Part shown: in pieces, positions 10,010 through 18,250 of the stretch
Numbering within the stretch: position 1 is the first letter of the stretch
How the letters are laid out: each line of letters opens with the position of its first letter
DNA from: Patescibacteria group bacterium
GTDB taxonomy: Bacteria; Patescibacteriota; Patescibacteriia; Patescibacteriales; UBA12465
Assembly (NCBI GenBank): GCA_041664445.1
Contig: JBAYKT010000002.1
Coordinates: forward strand, 8,629-72,628
Reading direction: 5' to 3'
DNA length: 64,000 bases
Translations under genes and position numbers: made by a program
Notes under the pieces: model-generated
The model's database searches: none
What the model saw: only the letters and a program-made list of their open reading frames with translations
What the model was told of the DNA's origin: nothing

Positions 10010-12367
10010 TTATTTTTTATATTTTTCTTTTAATTCAATGAGCTCCAATTTATCCGGGGCTAATTTAATAGCCTCGTTAATACTATTTAAAGCCGCGTTT
10101 TTATCTCCTCTTTCAAAATATAAAGTCGCTAATGCCAACGGCCAATTATAATCACTGGGGCTTAAAACTGCACCATGAGCAACATAACGGATGGCTGTAT
10201 CCAAATCGCCGCGCAAATAAAAAGTATCAGCGATTTTTTTAAGCAATGAATAATCTTCAATCATGTTGCGATAAGCGGCCTTAAAAAATTTTTCAGCATT
10301 TGCATAATTACCCTGAGAAACATAGGCTCGCCCTAAATCGGTATACATCATATAGCGATAAGACTCAGCAACTTTTTTATGACGAGGATTAATGAGCACG
10401 CTATTAACATCCGGGAGCTTAGTATCGACTAAGCGATAAAAATTCTCGGCCTCCGCCAGCCGCCCCTGCCTCATATAATCACGCCCTCGTTCCAAATAAG
10501 CTAAGGGCCAATTAGGCGTTAATTGCAAAACAACGGCAAAATATTTATCCGCCAGTTCATAATTTTCCAGCTGACTATACAATTGAGCTTTCAATAAAAA
10601 ATTTTGATAACCGCGATCCGGTAAAGATTGGGCAATGGCCGCTAAACGTCTTTTAATCATCGTCTTCGTAGCTAAATCCGATGCTTGTTCCAAATGAACG
10701 CCCAAATTATCCCCCAAAAAATGAGCAACAAAATTTTGCTGGACCGAATTAACTTTTAATCTAAGAATATCGTCATGAATAACGAGCGCCGTCAGCGCTT
10801 CGCCGCGGCTTAAAGAGATATAAATATTATTGAAATAAGCATCAGCAATCAGTGAGCGGCCATTAAGAATTATTTGCCAAGCAGCCAGAATTAAAACACT
10901 AATTAACAAACTGACCCGCCACCAAAATTTAAAACTATATTTTTTTAATAACCAAGAAAAATTATTTACAGACATCGGACGCTCAAAATGGATAGCCGCT
11001 AAAATAGCAAACAGTAGCCAGAAATAAACTTCGGCGGCCACAATCGCAAAACTGAACATTAAGGAAATAAGATAACCCGCCGCGGCAGCAGCAATAGCCA
11101 AAGACAAATATTTATATTTTTCCGCCTGATAATTTTGCCAAGCCAACTTAAAAAAAGAATAATACCATAAAGAAAACAATAGTAGGCCAAAAAATCCAAC
11201 GTTAAGTAAAGTATCCAAAATTAAATTATGTGCCCGATCAGTATTAGCGCTCACGTCGGCATAAATACCCCAATCATTTTCATAATATTTTATAAACACT
11301 TCCCCGGCATTTTCTAAACCATAGCCAAAAGCCGGTTTCTGCAAAATCGCATCGGCGGAGGCATGAAAAAAATTAACTCGTGCGGCAAAACTACCGGCGC
11401 CAATATTAAAAGACTCCTGCAGGCGTCCCGGAGTAAAAATTTCTAAAGCACCAATTCCCAAAATAAAAATTAAAAACGCGCCCGCCGCTATTAAAACCTT
11501 GACCCGGGCTGTAAATTTAGAAGCCAATAAAAGATAGGCGACAAACAAAAAACCGATTAACACTAAAGCTAATAATCCGCCGCGACTCGCGGTCGAAAAT
11601 AATCCTAAAATCTGAAAAACAGCCGCAAAACTGAAAAAAGTTTTAACCCAAAAATTTTTAGATGAATAAGCTAAATAAAAAGCCAAAGGAATCGTTAATA
11701 GCAAAAAGGAGGCAAAAAAATTAGGTTGGCCGAAGGTGGACAGGGCGCGCCCAGTTAAATAAGGTTCATCTGGCCAAGTCAAAAAATCAATATTTAAAAT
11801 TTGCAAAACACCATAAAGCCCTACCAACGTGGCCGAAAGATTGGCGCTTATTAAAATACGGCGGATCTTGGCTTTCAGTGACCAGACCTGAGAGCCAATG
11901 TTTCTCCAGGTAACCAAATTAAAAAATAAAATTAAGGACCATAAAAAATAAAAGAACAGGCTGGAAATTCCTTCTTGCCGCTCGTAAGAACCAAAAAAAC
12001 TAATGCGCCAATCTAAGGAGAATGGCAAAATGGCTACCAAACCGACGAGGAGCAAGGCGGGAATCAAAAAATATTTTTTAAAAACCAGCCACGCTGTTCT
12101 TCGACCAATTTCGGAAACAAGGCTCGGAGACGGAAAAAACAACGCCCGCGCCACAGTCAACACCAACAAGCTCCAAAGTAAAATTCGAAACAAAATAATT
12201 TTATCCAATTCAAAGATGTTAAAACCGGAATAAAAAGCGGCAAACCACAGGGGCACTAAAAAAATAATTGCCAAATAATTGACTTCTATAAAAAATCCTA
12301 AAAATTCGGAGCTAGAAATTCCCTGCGCCCAAGCCTTAAGACGAGAAATTAAAAAATTAATTTTCAT
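10010..12367 (-). CDS. O-antigen-ligase-like (Wzy_C) membrane protein with C-terminal TPR repeats; probable protein O-oligosaccharyltransferase
   Basis: Multi-TM; STFGQPNFFA, TASRGG, GYGLEN, DRAHNLILD motifs, then TPR helices. Start moved to MKINF at 12367 because the longer start lies within the secF terminator. Confidence 0.8.
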   Translation of the reverse strand: MKINFLISRLKAWAQGISSSEFLGFFIEVNYLAIIFLVPLWFAAFYSGFNIFELDKIILFRILLWSLLVLTVARALFFPSPSLVSEIGRRTAWLVFKKYFLIPALLLVGLVAILPFSLDWRISFFGSYERQEGISSLFFYFLWSLILFFNLVTWRNIGSQVWSLKAKIRRILISANLSATLVGLYGVLQILNIDFLTWPDEPYLTGRALSTFGQPNFFASFLLLTIPLAFYLAYSSKNFWVKTFFSFAAVFQILGLFSTASRGGLLALVLIGFLFVAYLLLASKFTARVKVLIAAGAFLIFILGIGALEIFTPGRLQESFNIGAGSFAARVNFFHASADAILQKPAFGYGLENAGEVFIKYYENDWGIYADVSANTDRAHNLILDTLLNVGFFGLLLFSLWYYSFFKLAWQNYQAEKYKYLSLAIAAAAAGYLISLMFSFAIVAAEVYFWLLFAILAAIHFERPMSVNNFSWLLKKYSFKFWWRVSLLISVLILAAWQIILNGRSLIADAYFNNIYISLSRGEALTALVIHDDILRLKVNSVQQNFVAHFLGDNLGVHLEQASDLATKTMIKRRLAAIAQSLPDRGYQNFLLKAQLYSQLENYELADKYFAVVLQLTPNWPLAYLERGRDYMRQGRLAEAENFYRLVDTKLPDVNSVLINPRHKKVAESYRYMMYTDLGRAYVSQGNYANAEKFFKAAYRNMIEDYSLLKKIADTFYLRGDLDTAIRYVAHGAVLSPSDYNWPLALATLYFERGDKNAALNSINEAIKLAPDKLELIELKEKYKK

Positions 12368-12384
12368 GGTTTTATTATAGCAAT

Positions 12385-12414
12385 AAAAAAGGGGCTTGAA
12401 AATCAAGCCCCTTT
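12385..12414 (-). terminator. Intrinsic terminator after secF
   Basis: Perfect stem aaaggggcttga/tcaagccccttt with a T-run on the minus strand. Confidence 0.75.
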
Positions 12415-12432
12415 AAAAATCACTAAGAATAT

Positions 12433-13353
12433 TTAAGCCTTTTTAGCCGCTTTATGCATCTTGTTATTCCAGATTACTAAAATCGGGCTGGCAATAAAGA
12501 TAGAGCTGTAAGTGCCAACAAAAATACCGATGAGCAGGGCGAGAGCAAAGTCTTTAATGGTGCTGCCGCCGAATAATAAAATAGCGAGCAGTGCTAATAT
12601 AGCTGAAAAAGAGGTATTGATAGAACGGGAAATAGTTTGATTGATGCTGGAATTAATCGTATTTTCAAAGTTATCGTTGCTCTTAGGCAAGGTTTCCCGA
12701 ATACGATCAAAGACGACAATGGTATCGCTGACGCTGTAGCCTAAAACCGTTAAAATAGCGGCGATAAATGGCGTGTTAACTTCAATCTGGTAAAAATGAC
12801 CCATAACCGCAAAGGCTCCCAGGGTAATAATAACGTCATGGGCCAGCGCAATAATCGCGGCTACCCCGTACTTCCAAGAAGAAATTGGACGAGAAACACG
12901 CTTAAATGCTAAGGAAATATATAGAATAATCATTATCAAAACAATAATGGAGGCGTTAAACGATTTGCTCTTTAATTCTTGACCAATAGAGGGGCCGACA
13001 AAATCAAAGCGCAACTCTTTAAAGGCGGCACCATCATGCCCGCTAGTTAGGGTTTCTAATTTAGTTAGAATATTTTGGTGCGTGTCTTCGCTCACCTCCT
13101 TGAAACGCAGAATAAAAGTATTGTCATTTGTTGGTTGGATGGTTAAACCTTTAATGTCCTCATCTTTTAAGGCGTCCTGAATCTCAGTAATTGATGGTTG
13201 ATAATTAGAATATTCGGCTTCCAAAAAACTGCCGCCGGTAAAATCAACTCCAAAGTTAAGTCCCCAAGTAATAAGCGCGGCGATAGAAGCGGCGATAAAC
13301 AGCCCGGAAATAGTTAAGAAAATATTTCTTTTTTGAATTATCCGATAAGTCAT
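12433..13353 (-). CDS. secF: Protein translocase subunit SecF
   Basis: GVDFTGG, VGPSIGQEL, HDVII, GYSVSDTIVVFDRIRE, GTYSSIFIA. Confidence 0.97.
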   Translation of the reverse strand: MTYRIIQKRNIFLTISGLFIAASIAALITWGLNFGVDFTGGSFLEAEYSNYQPSITEIQDALKDEDIKGLTIQPTNDNTFILRFKEVSEDTHQNILTKLETLTSGHDGAAFKELRFDFVGPSIGQELKSKSFNASIIVLIMIILYISLAFKRVSRPISSWKYGVAAIIALAHDVIITLGAFAVMGHFYQIEVNTPFIAAILTVLGYSVSDTIVVFDRIRETLPKSNDNFENTINSSINQTISRSINTSFSAILALLAILLFGGSTIKDFALALLIGIFVGTYSSIFIASPILVIWNNKMHKAAKKA

Positions 13354-13390
13354 ATTGTTATTTTTATCTTTAATGATATTTAAGTTCCGC

Positions 13391-14947
13391 TTATTCAGCT
13401 TTAATTTTCTTAATCCCCAAAAGGCACTTTCTTTTTTCTAACCATTCACCTAGAACCAAAACCGACAGAACTCTAGTAATCACAATGGCGCTAAATAAAG
13501 AAACAGAGATGCCGATAAACAAAGTTGTTCCAAACCCTTGAACGGAAGAGGTGCCGAAGAACATTAAAATCAGACAGGTAATTAAAGAAGAAATGTTGCC
13601 ATCGCGAATTGAAGGCCAAGCGCGCTTAAAACCATCAGTCACTGATTGCGGGACCGACTTTCCGGCCTTAAGCTCCTCTTTGGTACGAGCAAAAATAAGG
13701 ATATTGGCATCAACGGCCATACCGACCGATAAGATTAAGCCGGCGATTCCGGATAAAGACAGGGTGACCGGTTTCAAAGCATAGAAAAATAGTAAAATAC
13801 CAATAACCGTGAAAAACAACGCTAAAGTACTATCGAAAATTTTAATTTCATTAAAGGTATAAAAAATAAGAGCAATCATGACAAAAATTAAGGGCAAGGC
13901 AATAGCCACTGGGATTGCTTTAAAAATCGCCAGCATTGTTAAACCATAAACAAAAAGTGATAATACTGATAATACCCCCGGCAGACGGTACATAATAATC
14001 ATGAAGATGGAGACCAAAAGTAATCCCAGAAGACCGGCTTGCAAACTATTATTAATCGACTTAGCACCTAAACTCGCTTCCACAGTTTTTTGAGAAACCA
14101 AAGATACGGGAACCGGCAAAGCACCGGAATTTAAACGCTTAACCAATAACTTAGCTTCATCAACATTAAACTGTCCAGAAATAACGGCTTTACCGCCGGT
14201 AATTTTTTCATTAACTGTAGGGGCGCTAATTACGTAGCCGTCTAGAAAAATAGCCACTGGCTTGCTGACATTGCGCGCGGTAATATCTTCAAACATTTGG
14301 GCGCCCTCGGTATTAAACTCTAAAGAAACTTCCGGTGTACCATCTTGGGCAAATTCTAGAATCGCTCTTTTTAAATATTTTCCGGTCAGCTCGGTATTTT
14401 TCCAAAGACTGTCAGTATTAATATTAATTTCAGTACTACTAGCATCGCCAGTCGGTGTCAGCGTAGTTGAACCTTCCGTATCCTGTTCTTTAAATTCCAA
14501 AATTGGCGTTTCGCCAATCATTTTAATTGCTTCTTTCACGTCTTTAATCCCGGCTAACTCCGCAATAATGCGATACTCCCCATTGCTACCCTTATTAACT
14601 TGGACAACCGGCTCGCTAACGCCAAAAGTATTAACGCGGCGTTCAATCACATCGCGCGCCGACTCCATGGCATCCGCCCGATCAGCTTCCGGTATATTAG
14701 TCACATCCGCCTCATAAACTAACTGAGTGCCTCCCTGAAGATCAAGCCCTAAACTAAAAGGCAATTCTTTAACTTGTGGCAACACAATTATGTTGTTAGT
14801 TTTAGCAGCCGCAAAACGAGCAAACTGATTGTAATAATTGCCACCGGCAATCAGTCCGACCGAGAGGGCAAACAGGATAATTAGACCTAAAATCCAGCGA
14901 GTCTTAGCCTTAAAAGACAGTTTGGAAATTTTTTGCATAAATGACAT
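13391..14947 (-). CDS. secD: Protein translocase subunit SecD
   Basis: LGLDLQGG, IERRVNTFGVSEP, GALPVP, GMAVDANILIF. Confidence 0.97.
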   Translation of the reverse strand: MSFMQKISKLSFKAKTRWILGLIILFALSVGLIAGGNYYNQFARFAAAKTNNIIVLPQVKELPFSLGLDLQGGTQLVYEADVTNIPEADRADAMESARDVIERRVNTFGVSEPVVQVNKGSNGEYRIIAELAGIKDVKEAIKMIGETPILEFKEQDTEGSTTLTPTGDASSTEININTDSLWKNTELTGKYLKRAILEFAQDGTPEVSLEFNTEGAQMFEDITARNVSKPVAIFLDGYVISAPTVNEKITGGKAVISGQFNVDEAKLLVKRLNSGALPVPVSLVSQKTVEASLGAKSINNSLQAGLLGLLLVSIFMIIMYRLPGVLSVLSLFVYGLTMLAIFKAIPVAIALPLIFVMIALIFYTFNEIKIFDSTLALFFTVIGILLFFYALKPVTLSLSGIAGLILSVGMAVDANILIFARTKEELKAGKSVPQSVTDGFKRAWPSIRDGNISSLITCLILMFFGTSSVQGFGTTLFIGISVSLFSAIVITRVLSVLVLGEWLEKRKCLLGIKKIKAE

Positions 14948-15116
14948 ATAGGATTAAAGACTAGAGCCGGGCGTGAAACCGGCAAATATTAGTAAATTAA
15001 CTCAAACTTTCCTTTATCTTAAGATAAGTAGAAATAAAAATCAAGTCTTGGTCTTTACAAAAAAGCCAATTTTATTTATAATAAGTCTATTATAATTCAA
15101 TAAAAAGCTTAAAAAT

Positions 15117-15707
15117 ATGCCATTAATACCCACTGTCATTGAAAAAGAAGGACAAATTGAGCGCGCTTATGATATTTACTCCCGCCTCTTAAAAGACCGC
15201 ATTATTTTCTTGGGCGAACAAATAGATGACCACACCGCCAACATTGTCATTGCTCAATTATTATTTCTGGACGCTCAAAATAAAGACCAAGATATTAAAT
15301 TCTATATCAATTCCCCTGGAGGCTCGGTCAGCGCCGGTCTAGCTATTTATGATACTATGCAACTTATCAAGTCTGACGTTTCAACAATCTGTGTCGGCTT
15401 GGCCGCTTCCATGGCTTCAGTGCTGCTAGCCGCGGGAACTCCCGGAAAAAGGTTTGCTCTTCCTAATAGTGAAATTATGATTCACCAAGTAATGGGCGGC
15501 GCTGAAGGGCAGGCTTCAGATATTAAAATTAGGGCTGAACACATTTTAAAAATAAAATCTAAAATGAATAAGATTTTAGCCTTCCATACTAAACAAAAAG
15601 AAGCCAAAGTTGAGGCTGACAGTGACCGCGATAATTTCATGAGCGCGGAAGAGGCCCAAAAATACGGGATTATTGATAAAATAATCGGCCCCAAAAATAA
15701 AATTTAA
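15117..15707 (+). CDS. clpP: ATP-dependent Clp protease proteolytic subunit
   Basis: [25 protein letters not shown] (Ser), IHQ (His), DRDNF (Asp). Confidence 0.98.
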   Translation: MPLIPTVIEKEGQIERAYDIYSRLLKDRIIFLGEQIDDHTANIVIAQLLFLDAQNKDQDIKFYINSPGGSVSAGLAIYDTMQLIKSDVSTICVGLAASMASVLLAAGTPGKRFALPNSEIMIHQVMGGAEGQASDIKIRAEHILKIKSKMNKILAFHTKQKEAKVEADSDRDNFMSAEEAQKYGIIDKIIGPKNKI

Positions 15708-15722
15708 AGATCACGACTAAAT

Positions 15723-15751
15723 AAAAACTCCGCACGTGGCGGAGTTTTTTT
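15723..15751. terminator. Bidirectional intrinsic terminator between clpP and the surface-protein cluster
   Basis: aaaaactccgc-acgtg-gcggagttttt. Confidence 0.8.
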
Positions 15752-15772
15752 ATTTTAGTAAATTTAATTTAT

Positions 15773-16831
15773 TTATTGATACTGAGCTAAATTATAATTT
15801 TTCTGGAAAGAATTAATAATCATTTTAAAAATATTAGGATAAGCCAGGCGATCGCTTAACGCCGGAATATAAGAAATGATATAAATATTTTCACGATCAT
15901 TATCCGTCAGATAAAAGTTCAAACCATCTTCACCCATAATTCCTTCCCAGGTAATTCCTTTTTGTAGACGATTACTATCAACGGTTTCCGAAGGAAAAGT
16001 GACGCTATACCAATCGCTGATACTCTGAATTTTTGGATTTCCCTGAACGGAAATCTGCATTAGAGAATTATCGGGAGCGGAAATAATCGTCGCGTAATCA
16101 TTGTTTAAAGATTTAAGCGTCCAAGCGGTCGGATAATAAATTTCATATTTACCAGTTTGATTTTGATATTTGCTTAAGTAAGTACTGGCGGTGAGCTTAT
16201 CCTTGCCTGTAGGATTATAGCCTTTCCCTAATTCTGATAAATCACCATAATTATCGCCATCACTATCAGGAAGCATGGCATCCGTTCCTAAGGCCAGTTC
16301 TTCATCATCACTCAAGCCATCAACATCGGTATCTAAAAGCGGCGGAGTTTCAATGGTTAACGGTATTTCTTCAATAGTCGTGGAGGCCGTGGAAGTTGAT
16401 TCTATAGTCTCAGGATTAATCATTTCAATAACGCTGGGAGCTATCTCAACAACCGCCGTACTGGAAGCCGTGGAAGTTGAAACTAGAGGTGTTGTTTTTT
16501 CAGGTACGATAGGTGCCGAGGAAACAATCGGCGCGGCGGAAATTGGTTCTTGAGCGGCTGGCTTGATTATAAAGCGATAACTTAAATAAACTAGAACACC
16601 GACAAAAACTAGGCCTAGGCCGATAATCACGATGCCAACTGTTTGGTGCTTATTTTTATTATCAGACACCGCTAAAAATTGCGAACCGGAACCGGAATTG
16701 GCCGTTTTAATATTACCACTGACAAATGAGCGGGTAGGGACAGTGGGCATGTTATGGACAATCAATTCTTGATTAACCCGGACCGCCGTCGCATCGTCGA
16801 TATTTGTTTTTTTATTATTTTTTCCTAACAT
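15773..16831 (-). CDS. Membrane-anchored surface protein: S/T-rich stalk, thrombospondin-type-3-like Ca-binding repeats and a PsbP-like C-terminal domain
   Basis: One TM helix; DTDVDGLSDDEE and DSDGDNYGD repeats; YQNQTGKYEIYYPTAW...FKMIINSF pattern. Confidence 0.7.
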   Translation of the reverse strand: MLGKNNKKTNIDDATAVRVNQELIVHNMPTVPTRSFVSGNIKTANSGSGSQFLAVSDNKNKHQTVGIVIIGLGLVFVGVLVYLSYRFIIKPAAQEPISAAPIVSSAPIVPEKTTPLVSTSTASSTAVVEIAPSVIEMINPETIESTSTASTTIEEIPLTIETPPLLDTDVDGLSDDEELALGTDAMLPDSDGDNYGDLSELGKGYNPTGKDKLTASTYLSKYQNQTGKYEIYYPTAWTLKSLNNDYATIISAPDNSLMQISVQGNPKIQSISDWYSVTFPSETVDSNRLQKGITWEGIMGEDGLNFYLTDNDRENIYIISYIPALSDRLAYPNIFKMIINSFQKNYNLAQYQ

Positions 16832-16833
16832 AT

Positions 16834-17040
16834 CTAATTAAGCACCAAAAAAATAATCACCGCGAATAACATTAAAATTACTCCGCCTAAAATAAACCAG
16901 AGCTTAAGATTACCGGCACTCGTTTTGGGCATTGAATGGACTCCAATCGCTAAACGCGAAGGACGAATTTGAGGAGCCGCTTTACTGAGAGTAGCAGGCG
17001 CCGGATTTTTTTCTGGTGTCAGGTTAGCGCCATTAGTCAT
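16834..17040 (-). CDS. Small C-terminally membrane-anchored protein, 68 aa
   Basis: ATG start, tight packing between neighbours, hydrophobic C-terminal helix, VHSMP motif shared with the neighbouring gene. Confidence 0.6.
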   Translation of the reverse strand: MTNGANLTPEKNPAPATLSKAAPQIRPSRLAIGVHSMPKTSAGNLKLWFILGGVILMLFAVIIFLVLN

Positions 17041-17045
17041 AAAAA

Positions 17046-17801
17046 TTATTTGATTACATTACCTGGCATTTTGGCTCCGACAGCGTTAGGATCATATCCG
17101 CCTCTAACTTCCTGACCATCCGGATAAGTATCGCCATCAGTGTCAGCTTTTAAGGGATTGGTTTTGTAGATTTTTACTTCTTCATAATCACTTAGACCGT
17201 CGTTATCAGTATCAATTAAATTAATATTAGTACCGGCAACTAATTCTTCGGAATCAGTTAAGCCATCGCTATCAGAATCAACGGGAGCAGCATTAACAGG
17301 AACGGTTGCTGTCTCCTCAATATTAATTTCCGTCGTGGTGGTGGCACTTGGCGAAATCGCTTCTGCAGTTGTAGTATCAACGCTAGGAATTTCAGTCACA
17401 AAAGTTGAGCTGCTAGTTGTTTCGGTATTAGTTTCTACAACATTATTATCTTGATTAGCAGAAGTTGAAGTCGCTACCGGTGTTCTGACTACTGGCACAG
17501 AGCTAGTATCAATCGGCTCTGCTTTAAAAAATTTATTATAAGCCAAAAATCCCAACAAACCTAAAATAACTACCACCATCAAAATAACGGCGATTTTAAA
17601 ACCAGAACCGCCTCTTTTAGGCTCCGATCTTAGAGACTCGGCAGAAAGTCCGCTCGGAGCTGTTAAGCCGACACGTTGAGTCATAATTTCGGCCGGCGCT
17701 TGCGGTCTTTGATTGTTATTGGACACGTTATCGGTTTCGGCGAAAATATCGTCAACCGGCTGATGTCCTGATTGGTTAGCGTTGTCGAGGTTGTCAAACA
17801 T
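17046..17801 (-). CDS. Membrane-anchored protein with T-rich stalk and three thrombospondin-type-3-like Ca-binding repeats
   Basis: DSDSDGLTDSEE, DTDNDGLSDYEE, DTDGDTYPDGQE...GYDP. Confidence 0.8.
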   Translation of the reverse strand: MFDNLDNANQSGHQPVDDIFAETDNVSNNNQRPQAPAEIMTQRVGLTAPSGLSAESLRSEPKRGGSGFKIAVILMVVVILGLLGFLAYNKFFKAEPIDTSSVPVVRTPVATSTSANQDNNVVETNTETTSSSTFVTEIPSVDTTTAEAISPSATTTTEINIEETATVPVNAAPVDSDSDGLTDSEELVAGTNINLIDTDNDGLSDYEEVKIYKTNPLKADTDGDTYPDGQEVRGGYDPNAVGAKMPGNVIK

Positions 17802-17872
17802 ATTTTTGTATAAGTAACTTGATTATCTTTAAAGTATAGCCAATAAGAAAACTTTTGGCTAATAATTTATTT

Positions 17873-18229
17873 TTATTGTTGCACTGATTGGGTGGCCGGC
17901 CGCATCATATCGGGATCAGCAATGCGACTAGGGTCTAAAATAATATCGGCGTCTTTACGAATAACGCGATAAACTTCGGTTTTACCAGATTCATCAGTTT
18001 TTAAAACTTGAATTTTAGAATCAGCTGGCAAGTTAAGACTAGACTTTTCCTCAGCACTCATAAACTCCGGGGCCGGTAGTGGGTTAATTGCTCCGGATTG
18101 AGAAAGATTGTCGGCGTTCAATTTATTATTACGGATTAAAATAAAAACCAAGATACCAATGATAACGATTACAGTTATCAAACCGATTATAATAATTTTT
18201 TTATTCTTATTTAACATATTATGCAACAT
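17873..18229 (-). CDS. Hypothetical protein with N-terminal membrane anchor
   Basis: Basic N-terminus followed by an Ile-rich TM helix; co-oriented within the cluster. Confidence 0.65.
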   Translation of the reverse strand: MLHNMLNKNKKIIIIGLITVIVIIGILVFILIRNNKLNADNLSQSGAINPLPAPEFMSAEEKSSLNLPADSKIQVLKTDESGKTEVYRVIRKDADIILDPSRIADPDMMRPATQSVQQ

Positions 18230-18250
18230 ATTTTTTAACTACGGTTCTCC

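Noticed and set aside
14966-14983. GC-rich hairpin gccgg-gcgtgaaa-ccggc upstream of secD as a riboswitch or ncRNA
   Set aside because: It is only a 5-bp stem with no recognisable aptamer features, too little to support a call.
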